A stretch of 64,000 bases of DNA. Source: Felis catus. Taxonomy: Eukaryota. Location of the stretch: positions 136,774,001 to 136,838,000 of the forward strand of contig NC_058368.1 of NCBI RefSeq assembly GCF_018350175.1, written 5' to 3'. The translations under genes were made by a program, and so were the position numbers. Below the pieces are notes generated by a model that ran no database searches, was not told where the DNA came from, and saw only the letters and a program-made list of their open reading frames with translations. Positions 23,816 to 36,428 of this stretch are shown piece after piece (positions within the stretch are counted from its first letter, which is position 1; every line of letters starts with the position of its first letter).

Positions 23816-25539
23816 TTAATGATTTTTAATGGGGGGGGGGGGGGAACATGTTATAGCATTAAGTAAAAAAAACAAAAAACAAAAAAAATAACAAAATAAC
23901 AAAGCTATAGGTTCACTATGATCCTAATTTTATAAAGAGAAGATATTTATGTTTAATGAATAACATAGAAAAGAAATACCCTCTGTTTACAGATTTCTGG
24001 GTAATGAAATTAAGAGCAGTTTTGGTTTTTTGCTTTATACTTTCATTATCTTCCACATTTCTGGCAATGAATAAGAGTTCCTTTTGCAATCAGAAAAGCA
24101 AAACAAAACAAAAATAAAGAGTACACTCTGGACCAACAATGCCTTGAGACAATCAGTAAAGATTACACATGCTGTCAGCCCAATATTCATTCATTCACGT
24201 TGCTATAGCATGCTGGGGCCAGCTTTTGAATTTTAAACAATTCAGCAATGATAAGACTCCTTCTACTTCACAGTGTAAAATTAAATACAACTATTAGGTT
24301 GCTTTTAGATAGATCTGTGCCTCTTAAAAATAAATTGGACAATCAGAAACACTTAGTGATCATTTCTTTCAACTCAGGGTGCAAAATTACACTTCATTAA
24401 AATTGGAGCTTTTTGAGACATGGGGGGGAAGGGGCAAAAATACAAGCATTGCTGAGCCTGCTACAGGGCAGCAAGAATAGTGAAGAGGGCTCGCATAGAC
24501 TCTGGGCTCAGAGGACAGCCTTGGCAACCATCCAGACAATGAGAGCTGTGATCTTCCTGGTGCCATATGGGTGCACGTCAGCCAGGGCCCTTGTCCTGGC
24601 TTGAAAACAAACAACACAAAGCTCAGGGTGCCCTGCGCTGGTCTTTGCAGTCAGAGGTCAGGAAGGAAGCAGGGAACGAATGAGGCGTACAGGCTACAAT
24701 TGTAGCCAGGTATAAGCGAGGCACCCTGGGTGTTAATGGGCACCCAAGCCTCTTTCCTGGGAATGGCCTTTGTGTACTACAAGCGTAATTTCTTAAGGTT
24801 TTTCTCAACCTTTGAAAAAAGCAAAAATCTTGGGAGGAAAAACAAAGCCTCCTCAGGCACTTGTGCAGCACAGATAAGTAAAAGCTGGTAATTTGAAGAC
24901 CAGGGCATTTCACTTTCAAAAGCAAATCACCCTAAGGTTTGATTTCCCCCCACAAAAGCTGCATGAAAAGGGACCCAGTGAATAATAAAAAAGGAGCCTT
25001 AAATTTTTTTTTCTTTTCTTTAGGGAAAATCATGATCTGTAGTATCTAAATGTGATAGCGGTGAAAAGCCAAAAGAACGGTATCCTTGCTGCTCCGGGAA
25101 TTGAGCAGGGGTGGTGATGGCAGCTGGAACAGGGACACTTCTGAAGGCACTTTTAGATGGATGAAAACCAACAAACGAAAGTCTTACAGATTTTTTTGGG
25201 ATGATTCCCTGAAAATAATACAGCCACCACTGCTTATATGAGAAGCTATTTATGTGTTAATGTATGAGATCAGGTCTCTTCCAAACCTGTAGCTTCTGCT
25301 GTATGTACAATCAAGGACGAAGTCAGGTGCTATCGTACCAGGGTCCTCAAGGTTTTCCTACTTGGTGCTTCCCATTAATACAAAGCAAATCTCATTCTCC
25401 CTCTCTCCTCTCCACTCCCCTCCACTGCTAGGTATCTCAAAGCACCACCTACGTTAGCTGTCTCCTTTCTGCCCCTTGAACTTACTCCACAATCCACTCT
25501 AATTTCCTTTCCTGCTCCATTATTCTATGGAAACACAGG

Positions 25540-26658
25540 TTCCAATTGAGTGTCTTTAGGCCACTAAATTCAACGAACGTTTTAAAAGTCCTCATCTGAC
25601 CTACCCTCTCAGAAGCATTCTAAACTATAAACCGCTCTTTTCCTGTGGTTTTTGTGACCTAATACAATCCTGATTGCCCATTTTCCTCTGTGCTTCACCT
25701 GCAGAAATTTATACCTATGTATATAAATTATGTCCCCAGTCCAAATGTTTCCATGAAGATCTCAATTTCCCTCATGAAATCTCTTGGTTGTCTCAAAGGC
25801 ATCTCAAACTGCAATATGTTCATAGCCAAATAAATTCAGTCTTTTTCCAGGGTTCCCCTTGCAAACACATGACAACCTTTCCATCCAGATACACAAGTCA
25901 AAAACTGAGGAGATGATTTCACCAGTATGTTCCTGCCTCCACATATAGTTCTCCACCATATGCTATCTGCCTCCCAAATATGTTCATTGGCTACTCTTAA
26001 GTCCATACATTCTGGTCCCCACCTGACCATTACTGCCTACTGAGACAACCATAGTTGATCTAATCTCCTAACCACATTATAGCCGATGTATCTCTTCAAA
26101 ATTCAAATTGGATCATGTTACCCCTTCTTCTTAAAACTTTTCAAATGCCTCTATTTTTAGGATGTACATAATACAGCTTAGCATGAATTACATTCTCCAA
26201 CCTTACCTCACCCCATGCCCTTCTTACCATGCTCTCTGTTGCATTTACATTGTCTTCCTATCTTTTTCCAGCCCCTTTCTGCTTGCCATGTTTTTTCTGC
26301 CACAGGGCTTTTGCATGTGTTATTTCCTCTTTTTGGACTGTTCTTCCTCTCTTCAACCAGTTAATTCCTATTCATCTTTCAAGTATTAACTCCAGAAATA
26401 TTTCCTGAAGGAAGCCATTCCTAACCTAAGTTTAGGATACAAACAAAAACTCCCCAATATAGACGCTTTTCATACAAGAGGTCTTTGTAGACCCATTGCA
26501 GCTATAATTTTAAATGCATGTATTTGGTTTGTTTTGCCTTGAATGCCTGTATTCTTTGACTGGAAGCAGGAAATGTTTGTTTACCACTGTACAACCAGTG
26601 CTTGGCAATATATGGAAGGCAGCAGTTGCTCAATATAAATTTAACGAACTAATGAATG
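25540..26658 (+). mobile_element. Degenerate LINE-2 fragment
   Basis: AGGCATCTCAAACTGCAATATGT, CCACAGGGCTTTTGCATGTG motifs and GCTCAATATAAATTTAACGAACTAATGAATG end; boundaries approximate. Confidence 0.65.
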
Positions 26659-26729
26659 TGAGCTGGATTCGATGGCCTTTTCAGTTCCTACCCAAACTAG
26701 GATTTTCTGATGTTACATTGGAAGTTGAG

Positions 26730-26930
26730 GGTAGACTATAGGGCCAGACCGCCTGGCTTCTCCAGGTGGCTTCAGCATCTACTAGCCGGGTGGCTATTAT
26801 GTAACATCACTGCGCTCCAGTCTGCTCATCTGCATAGAGTTGTGAGGATTATATGCATTAATAAATTTAAAACACCAAGAACAGAGCTTGGTGTAAAGTG
26901 GGTACTATTTAAATATTGGTTACTGTTGTT
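26730..26930 (+). mobile_element. MIR SINE
   Basis: CCAGTCTGCTCATCTGCATA...GTTGTGAGGATTATATGC...TATTTAAATATTGGTTACT; boundaries approximate. Confidence 0.6.
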
Positions 26931-27413
26931 ACTGTTGTTATTCTTAGGATAACAAGAAACAATGATTAAATAGCCTTATCTAAGAAAGGAAATGAAACTT
27001 GGTCTTCTGGACTGACCAAGAGCAACCTTAGGAAAACACTGATGTGAAGTGAACACACCCAAGCTTGTGGTCAGTTAGCTGCCTCATTGCTTCTCTGATA
27101 TGCAAGTCCCACTGTCAGTGAGAATCAGTTATCCAGTTCTGAATGTCTGAGGTGCATTCAGCTTAGCTCAAGTTTCAAAATGCGCCTAAGGACTTTCGCT
27201 TGAGATTCTTTCAAGTGAAGGGACATCCAGTTCCACGCTGTCAAAAGCCAGTCACTAAAATGTACAGAAGGAACACTCATTCCTGGTTGTTTGGGGTCTC
27301 AGAGCTGTGTATCAGATGGCTTCTTTCAGATTCTGGTGGCAAGGGTTTTCTCCAGGAACCTCATCCCTACTAAAGAGTCACTGCATGCTTCTAAGGCTCT
27401 CAGTAGTACTTTA

Positions 27414-27611
<198 letters not shown>

Positions 27612-27643
27612 CTATAAACAGTCTTAAAAAGTGGGGCATGAGA

Positions 27644-27832
27644 GGGGTGCCTGGGTGGCTCAGTCAGTTAAGTGTCTGGACTCTAGATTTTGGCTCAGGT
27701 CGTGATCTCACGGTTCATGGGTTTGAGCCCCACATCAGGCTCTGCACTGACAGTGTGCCGAGCCTGCTTGGGATTCTCTCTCTGCCTCTTTTCTCTCTCT
27801 GTCTCTCAAAAATAAATAAAACTTTTTTTTTT
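27644..27832 (+). mobile_element. Can-SINE, antisense to MRPS27
   Basis: GGGGTGCCTGGGTGGCTCAGTCAGTTAAG head; TSD AAAGT[G/A]GGGCATGA on both sides. Confidence 0.92.
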
Positions 27833-29166
27833 AAAGTAGGGCATGATAGAAAAACAAACAGAATTAAGAAGCAAAAAATGCGAGCTCTGATTCTAGCTCT
27901 TCCACAAACCAGATCTTTCCAAAGTCTTTAGCTTCTCTTGTGCTTATTATTATGTACTAAGTCAGGTGCTTTTGCACCAATCTTTTCAAGGACATTGAGT
28001 AATCTTAATTTCTCTTAAATCTTTCCAGTATCATCTTCATAATGATTACCATTTGTCCCATCTACTTCAAAAGACTTTTGGACAGTCCATCAAGATAGTA
28101 CATATAAAAAATGCCTCATAAATTGTGAAGCAAATTTAAGGTATCATGTCCATCAGCTGGAGGAGCTAAGGCATACAGAAAGGAGGCAAATATATTTTCC
28201 AGGTCACCCTGACAAGCAGAGCAGAAGCTGGGTTGACTGCCCCATTCTGTGTTCCAGAACCTTCTCCCTGTTGGGGCAAAAGAAGACAAATGCTAGAGAG
28301 GATGGATCCTAAATCCCACGTATTGTTTTAGAGACAGAAAACTGATGGCTATAAAAAGGATAATCAGGCTCAGTTTAAAAAGACTTGAAACACTGGAAAG
28401 AAAAATACTCATTCATAAACTATAAGGCCCTGACTATAACACACAATATATTTGTTTCCACATGAATGCTGATCATAGAAGTTCAGACCTTGAGCAATTT
28501 TTATTTTCCTTTAAGATTCTACAACATAGATGGAAGCCAAGAAAATCAAGTTCAGACAATTTCTTTTCCGTAATATTTGTTGTTAAATTAGAGAATGCTA
28601 ATATTGGTTTAAAATATGGTGCCAGCACATAACATAGGCACAACACATGTTTTTGACTAAGTAAGTTGCTGTGTTAACCAATTTTTACATATAATCATAA
28701 GAGTTAGCACTGACTTGCAGCTGTTCCTATCCAGCTGGTTTTGTACATGTTGTTATGGTTCCTAATGAGGCCATAGGCAAGAACTTCTATATTCTTTTTG
28801 CAAAGGGGGAAATGGAGATAGACAGACCAAGAAGTCATCTACTAAGTCAGTAGCAAATAAGGACCTGGAACGGATTTAAAACAAACAAACAAAAACTCCA
28901 AACAAACCAATATTTTAAAAGAACACAATTTTAAGCTAAAACTCCACTTTAAAAAAAAAAATCTGTTCTTTCAATTGTTCATTACTGAATCCAAAATTAC
29001 ACAAGAAAAATAAATCAAACTTACTTTATCTTTTATTTATATTCTGCAGATCATTCAGCTTGGGAAGTGAAATTAGACTGGCTTATATAATTAGCTAACT
29101 TTTCCTCCAAAATCATTTATGTACTTTGATACTGCCTATCCTATTAACAATAAAAACTATAATACT

Positions 29167-29366
29167 TTCTTTTTTTACTGTTATTTGAGAGACAGAGAAT
29201 GAGCAGGGGAGAGGGGCAGAGGGAGAGAGACAGAAAAATCTTAAGCAGGCTCCATGATCACTGTGGAGCCCAATGCAGGGCTCCATCCCATGACCCTGCC
29301 TGCGATCATGGCCTGAGTTGAAATCAAGAGTTGGATACTCAACCAACTAAGCCACCCAGGTGCCCC
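29167..29366 (-). mobile_element. Can-SINE (older copy)
   Basis: Reverse GGGGCACCTGGGTGGCTTAGTTGGTTGAG head; degenerate TSD AAAA[C/G]TATAATA. Confidence 0.9.
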
Positions 29367-30738
29367 AAAAGTATAATAGCTTCTAAATCTTTGCCATAAA
29401 TGACAATAATCTTCATTAAAACCTTATTTTTAGAAATCTTCAATATTATTTACATTTAGGGCAAAAAAAGTCCTTTGACTCTTCTAACATACCTTTTAAA
29501 GAAAGAGTGCAGGCAGAAAACTGCTTCTAATAATTTTCCAATGATATACTATTAAATGTGATGTTCATGGAGCATAGATTAAGAAACAGGGAAAAGCTAA
29601 TTACCTTCCATTTGAATTCAGGAAATGTAGGTTTAACACTGAGTGAGAAATAGACAAGAAGGGATAATTGATATTTCAAAAAATAACATATAGCAAATAA
29701 TCTTTGGCAGTCAACAACTGCAAGCCTTTTGAGGGAGAAGATAAAGCAGAGATCCAAAGAGAAAGGAGAGAGGTGTCCACACTCAGGGCAGAAAGGTCCA
29801 GTCCCCAGCCTGAGCAGCAGGAAAGGTCATCGGTGCTGGTGTGCAGGAATGAGGGGATGGAACCCAATGGCAGGAATCACAGGATAAAACTGCCCGCCAG
29901 GGCATAACCACGTTCCTGAGGTAGTAACTCCCAAACACAGGCCTGGCTCCCTTGTGGCTTCTCAGTACCAACCCTGAGGATTAAATGGTAGAAGGGGAAA
30001 GCCAGTGTGTGTCTTTACACAGTGGCAAGATTCCTCTTTCCTTCTTCACTGTCAGCACAGCCACAAACACAAGCATGCTGTAATAGGATTCCCTGTCCCA
30101 TGGAGACTGGCCAGGGTCCATCTGACTCCTCTGTAGTCTGTTGCAATCCCCATCTTTCCTCGGACTCCCTTATTGCAGTGGAAGTTGAGTCACTTTGAAT
30201 TAATTGCACAGGATTAGAGAATTTTGAGGGTAAAGAGATCTCAGAGATTACTCATCCACTTATTCTACAGATGAGGAAACAAAAGCTTGGGGAGGTAAAA
30301 TGACTCTCCTTCATAGCAAGTATACTGCTCTTTCCAGGAAGACAACTGATTTTATAGTCTTACATTCCACAAAGAATAACAACTGTGATTTTAAATTAAA
30401 ATTAGCAAATGGTACTAAAAAGAGTCAAGCTAAGAACTGCATTACTATAATCTTAACCAGCCATGGGAGCTCAGGCAAGGTTTATTGCTTAACTAAATTC
30501 ATTGTCCTTTGCACAAAGAGACATGAACAAATAAACCTGACAAACTCAGAGGAAAAAACCTGGATATGATTGTCCTATCTGGCCAAGTAGTATGGTAAAT
30601 CAACTATGCATCTATTTCTGACTGAAAGAGTGATGTAAAGAGATGTCATTCTGAAATTTAGAAAACGAAATTGCCTATATTTACTTACCTTTAAGAGTTG
30701 AAGCTCCATTATAAATGGACCTGGGTTTGGTTTCTTAC

Positions 30739-30817
30739 CTTTGTAATTTTCTTTTGTTATGAAAGAATCCATCAGTAAATTGAATGTAAAGTTATCTGGA
30801 AAAATTCCATATTGGAC
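30739..30817 (-). CDS. MRPS27: MRPS27 exon (exon 6), PPR-repeat region
   Basis: gttac[31 protein letters not shown](D); G|GTAAGA; 79 nt, phase 0/1. Confidence 0.96.
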
Positions 30818-31274
30818 CTGTAACGGCAATGAAAATAAAAGGAAAATAAGAGAAATATATTCACTTTCATTGTTTATAATATATGCCTATGCATTATTCA
30901 TGACAAAACTTGCCACCATTAGCTTTCAGACATTTGACTATCATTTTACAGCATCTGTGACAGTGAAATAAAACCTGTGACTCATGAGGTTTAGTAACTG
31001 GAACTTGGTCAGGGTAAGAAAGTTGTGAGTGGGTGTCTGATATAAGACGGTATGTGAAAATTAAAGCTCAATTCTAACACCTCATCAAAGCTAACAACAA
31101 CAACAACAAAACAAACCAAAACAACAACTCTCCCCCGCCCTGATATGCCACTGGTTCTGTGATTCTTTTTATAAGGTATGATTATCAATGCAAAACTGGA
31201 CTCTCACTCTCTCATGTGGATACACATTATCACATTATGCAGCATTAAAACAATGCAGCATGGTTTTCTGGTCT

Positions 31275-32135
31275 TTATTTTTTTCTCAAACTTTATTGAG
31301 CTATAACTGACATGCAACATGTAAGTTTAAGGTGTACAACATGATGATATAATACATACATATATATACACACTGAAAATGATTATGATTACCACAATAA
31401 GGTTAGTTAACACATCCATCATCTCACATAAGTACCACTGCATGTGCGCATGTGCCTGTGTGTATGTGTGGTAATGATAACATTTATGATCTTAGCAATT
31501 TGAGATACCATTGACTATTGTTAACTAGAGTCACCATGCTGTCCATTAGATCCTCAGAACTTACTTACCTTTTAACTTAAACTTTGTACCCTTTGACTAA
31601 CATCTCTTCATTTCTCCCGACCCCCAGCCCCTGCAATCTACCATTCTATACTTTATTTCTATGAGTTTGGCTTTTTTGATTCCACATATAACTGAGATCA
31701 TAGGGTATTTGTCTTTCCCTGACTGATTTATGTCACTGAGCATAATGACCTTAAAGCTCGTTCATGTGGTCACAAATGGCAAGATCTCCTTCATTCTGAT
31801 GGCTAAACAATATTCCATTGCATAGATATACACCACATTTTCTTTATCCATTCATCTGTCACTGGACAAGGGTTGTTTCTATGGTTGACTATTGTGAATA
31901 ATGCTGCAATGAATATGGGGGAGTAGGTATCTCTCTGAGATCCTATTTTCATTTCCTTTGGGTATACACCCAGAAGTGGGATTGCTGGATCATATGGTAG
32001 TTCTTTTTTAAATTTCTTGAGGAATCTCCACACCATCTCCCATAGTGGCTGCACCCGTGCACATTCCCACCAACAGTAAATAAGGGTTCTCTTTTTGCCA
32101 CACCCACACCAGCACTTGGTATATCTTGTCTCTTA
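31275..32135 (-). mobile_element. 5'-truncated LINE-1 (old L1MA/L1MB-like 3' end)
   Basis: ORF2 C-terminal remnant [33 protein letters not shown]...DEWIKKMW plus L1 3'UTR. Confidence 0.9.
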
Positions 32136-32220
32136 GACTGTTTTTTAAAGACCTTAGAAATATGCTAACAAAATATTACTAACTGAACTTCTGTTCATGA
32201 GCAGTAAAATATTCGAGAAT

Positions 32221-32411
32221 CCAGATTTCCCAAAATGTGGATCCTTTAGCATCTGCCTAAGAATTTTCTAGGAGTGCTTTAAACAATGCAGATTTCTAAG
32301 CCTCAGACTTACAGAATTAGAATCTCTGGGAACAGGGCAAAGAAACCAGAAGTTTTAGTGAGCTTTCTATGTGATTTTCATGCACAATCAAGTGTGATTA
32401 CTAATGATCTA
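32221..32411. mobile_element. MER5-like DNA transposon fossil
   Basis: TTTCCCAAAATGTGG...AATGCAGATTTCT...AGAATTAGAATCTCTGGG...TGATTTTCATGCAC. Confidence 0.6.
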
Positions 32412-32760
32412 GATTGTGGTTATATATTTATTTGTTTTAAATTCTTGCTTGAGGAGGATTAACTACCATCTTCCACCCTGCCCCATTCTTCCTCCACCAA
32501 CTACCAGAAGTACCTGAGGAAAACTTTCAAATTATACACACCCCCTAGGGGAGTCTAATAGTCCTAACCCCCCAGTTGTGAATCACTGCTGAATTGAGTC
32601 ACTGTTACAGTAGGCTGGATGGGATGCCTCAGATATATTGAAATGAAAAAATGGTTTAGAAGCCATTGTTTTAAAGGCTGGAGCTCGTGCGAAGTTTCTC
32701 TATTTCTCAAAGCAGTCATCCAATTCAGCACTAGTCCTCAGGGGGGCATGGCAAAACCAA

Positions 32761-33507
32761 AATATTTTAGAATGATAAATCATTAAAGCTAGAAGGAGCC
32801 TTAGATATCAATCGGTCGGTGATTCTCAACCCTGGCTTCAAATGAGAATCAACTTGGGAGCTTTAAATGGATACCAATGAGGGATGAATAGGCAGCGCAC
32901 AAAGGATTTTAAGGGCAGTGAAACTATATGATACTACGTGACACTATAAATATATACATATCATTATACATTTGTCCCAACCCACAGAATGTACAATACC
33001 AAGAGTGAGCCCTAATGTAAACTGTGGACTCTGGGTGATTATGATGTGCCAATATAGCTTCATCAATTGTAAAAGATGGATCACTCTGATAGGGGATGTT
33101 GATAATGGGGGAAGCTGTGCATGTGTGGGCAGGGAGCATACAGGAAATCTCTGTATCTTCTGCTCAATTTTGCTGTGAACCTAAAGCTGCTCTAAAAAAT
33201 AAAGTCTATTAAAAAAAATTTTAAGATATTAAGAAAAAAAAAAGTTAAAGTCTGTGCTCCAGAAAGATTAGTTAGATTAGAATCTTGGGGGTGGTGAAAA
33301 GCATCTCTAATTTTTAAAAGTGTCTTGTGTGATTCTAATGGACAGCCAGGGTTGAAGATCAACGGTTTAGTACAATTCACTTGACTCCGAGTTGAAAACA
33401 CTAAGACCTAGACAGATAAAATTATGTGCCTGAACTTATGGGCACTTGGTGGAACTTATGAGGTTACAGCCTGGCTCTTCTGACTCCTTGTCCAGTGTTC
33501 TTTCCAC
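32761..33507. mobile_element. Composite: reverse MIR split by MER5A, itself split by an L1MC 3' end (+, ~32867-33240)
   Basis: MIR halves ~32761-32813 and ~33371-33507; MER5 halves ~32814-32866 and ~33241-33370; L1MC end CTAAAAAATAAAGTCTATTAAAAAAA. Confidence 0.7.
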
Positions 33508-34557
33508 GAAAAGACTAGAGCAACAGAAAATGAGATAAACTTTTCTGCATTTCTATACCCTTCTTGTTTTGTTTTCACAGACACCTTCTGTGAGTATAAT
33601 CTGTGTCATTAAACTCTGAACTGATAAGAATAGGATTTGATTCATTCCTTCCTCTGGGCCTAACAGATTTATCAGTAAACCTGTTTATCTGCATTATTAA
33701 ATGATAAGCTTCCTGAGGGCAAGGATAGGATACTGCTCATTTTTACAGACAATGCCATACCCAGTGCAATGTCTCACATACAAACTGTCTGCAATGCACA
33801 TTAAGTTGAATTGGGTCCAAGTCATGGGACCAAAAGCTACCAAAACCAAAACTTTTATACCCTTTTGAGTTCTAACATACAAGCCCAGTGACACTAAAGA
33901 GGTAATATATTTTCACAGAAATACTGTTAAAATCTTTTTATGGTCAAACTAGAGTTATACCTTGAGACTCACAAAAATAACATTCAAATATTTTGCTTAT
34001 TTTATACTTCAATTCATACTATAAAGGTAAGACTCAATCCTTGGTGGAATGTAATGTTCAGAAAAACCCTAACCATAGGGGACTCTGGGGCTCAAGGAGA
34101 GGAGTCAGGGAATTTAGAAGAAGACATGTTTTGAGTAGCCTAGGAATACCTGTCTTTTAAAAATTGTGTAAGATAGGCTGAATATTCTGGAGATCATATT
34201 CCAGCAAAGTGGTCATGTCTTTTTCCCTAAACATCACCAAAGGGAACTGGGCGAGAAATTCACGTCTTAGGGATCAAGAATGAAATGACCATCAGTGCCA
34301 AGTTCTTTTGACTCAACCTCCTTTTGCTTTTACCTGTCCATTTCCAAGTCACTAGGTGTGGAGAAGCACAGGCTATGGGAATTTTTATATTTAATTGTTG
34401 ATTAATTTCTATTCAGTTCCATTCTAAAAAGGATATCTGAGAGCAAATAAATATCAAAAGCTATTTCTTTTTCTTGTCCTATTCTTTGCTGTACTATATA
34501 GTAGGTGTATCATCGAAACTGAGGAAAAGAAGGTACAAATACCAGGAAACCACTCAC

Positions 34558-34672
34558 CTTATTTACAAGAGTATATAAGGCTTTGTCTTGTGCACCGTAT
34601 TTTAAACACTGCCTAATCCAGGTGTGGATAGTCCAGTCTCTCAGGTACCAACAATTGGGGCTGTGTCGAAAT
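34558..34672 (-). CDS. MRPS27: MRPS27 exon (exon 5), PPR-repeat region; most upstream MRPS27 exon in the window
   Basis: ctttattt[56 protein letters not shown]; 115 nt, phase 2/0. Confidence 0.97.
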
Positions 34673-34969
34673 CTAAATAAAGCATAAGAAGAGAGAAAAC
34701 TGGTTGTTAACTCTGAAACATCAACGCCAAAATACATCCCTCATAAGTAGGTCCTTCCTTAGATATTTACAGATGTACAGTCAGTGTGACCAAAAGTCAT
34801 AAAAGTCAACGGTCAATAAAAACTTGAAGGTAAAACTTGTTAACTATAAAGTACGAAATGGGAAAGGGGAGGTAGAATAATAATAAATAACAAATAAAAG
34901 TATTATAAAAATTGTATTCCTTATTTAATGCCTCTTGATTCAACACCTTGTTTTAAAATAGGAAATTTA

Positions 34970-35182
34970 GGGGCACCTGGGTGGTTCAGTCGCTTAAGTG
35001 TCCCGCTCTCAGTTTCGGCTCAGGTCATGATATCACAGTTCATGGGACTGAATCCCACACTGAGCTCTGTTCTGACAGCATGGAGCTTGCTTGGGATTCT
35101 CTCTCTCACTGCCCCTCCCCTGCTCAGGTGTGTATGTGTGTGCGTGTGCTCTCTCTCACAAAAAATTAACTTAAAAAAATTT
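34970..35182 (+). mobile_element. Can-SINE
   Basis: GGGGCACCTGGGTGGTTCAGTC head; TSD AAAATAGGA[A/G]ATTT. Confidence 0.92.
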
Positions 35183-36316
35183 AAAATAGGAGATTTGTAA
35201 AAAATGATCTGGTGAAAATGTTCTACTAACCATGGCATTATATAAATATCATTCCATTAGAAGAGAGATATGAGGCTAAAGCTGACACTTTTGAAGTTTA
35301 AAATAAAACAGGTGGTGCAAAAATGAAGAAAGGAATGGCATAGCTACTCTGGAGGGGAATCAGCTTTGGGTTATACTGATATTTCTTATGGCATGTAGGA
35401 GATATTGGGATACTCTTCACTGAACCAAAAGAGAACAAAAAAGCAGAAAGGAAAACAAAACTTAACATCCAGGTAGTCCAGGATCCATACTCCCAGCCCA
35501 CTGCCTCCTTCAAAGCTCCATTCTAGCTCTTCAGTTTTTGCATTTCCTCTCCTCTTGCTTCCTGTAGCTCCCGACATGGTTTTAAAAAGCCTAAGCAGCC
35601 AGGTGTATGTGTCAATACTATCATACAAAAGAAGGAACTTCAAAAGGGATGCTGAGTGCTGCTCAGTGCCTCAAGTTTGCACACATTGGTGACACCTGGG
35701 GTTGGAGCCACTTCTTGTCCCGGGGGCATCCCTGACACAGACTGAGGGAGAGAAGAGACAGAGCCATGAGCAGGGGTTTAAAGAGCTCCGTGGTTCCTTT
35801 TTTTGTTTATCTGCTTTGAATGGGACGCATCCTCACACTTCGTATCATGTCAGAGGAAGCAAGCTCCCGTCTTTTAATTGTCCAGGAAGCACATCAATCT
35901 TTAGGCTGTATAAAAATCAAACTGTTTTCTTAAATAAAAAAGGTAAGACAAAAACTTGGAGCGAAAGGATTTTGTGTCATATATGAGTCAAGAATACAGC
36001 TAATACTAGTGTTTTTTAGAAGCTGGTTATTCAATCTGCCACCTGCTATTTCCTGCCATCTGCTATGGGGATAGTTTCCTGCTGAACAGGTTCTCTGCCA
36101 AAGTAAAAGCTGAGAAAAAGAGAGGAAGTGTGAAGTAGTATTTAATTTAGGATATTTATTAGTGCTCTGGTGAGAAATTTGGCAAAAATAAGATCTGAAG
36201 ATGTTTTATGGATATGGAGTCACCCAGACCTCTCCAGACTTTTGAATATCTTACATTTTGCTGGAAGTTATTTCTCACTCTTTCTCTTTAAAAGAGAAAA
36301 AACAGAAAGAATAGAT

Positions 36317-36428
36317 GGGGCACCTGGCTGGCTTCGTTGGGTACAGCATGCAACTCTTGATCTTGGGGTCATGAGTTCAAGCCCCAAGTTGAGGGTAGTT
36401 TACTTAAAAAAATAAAAATAAATAAATA
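36317..36428 (+). mobile_element. Short Can-SINE (tRNA-like part plus A tail, no CT tract)
   Basis: GGGGCACCTGGCTGGCTTCGTTGG...GAGTTCAAGCCCC...TTACTTAAAAAAATAAAAATAAATAAA. Confidence 0.85.
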
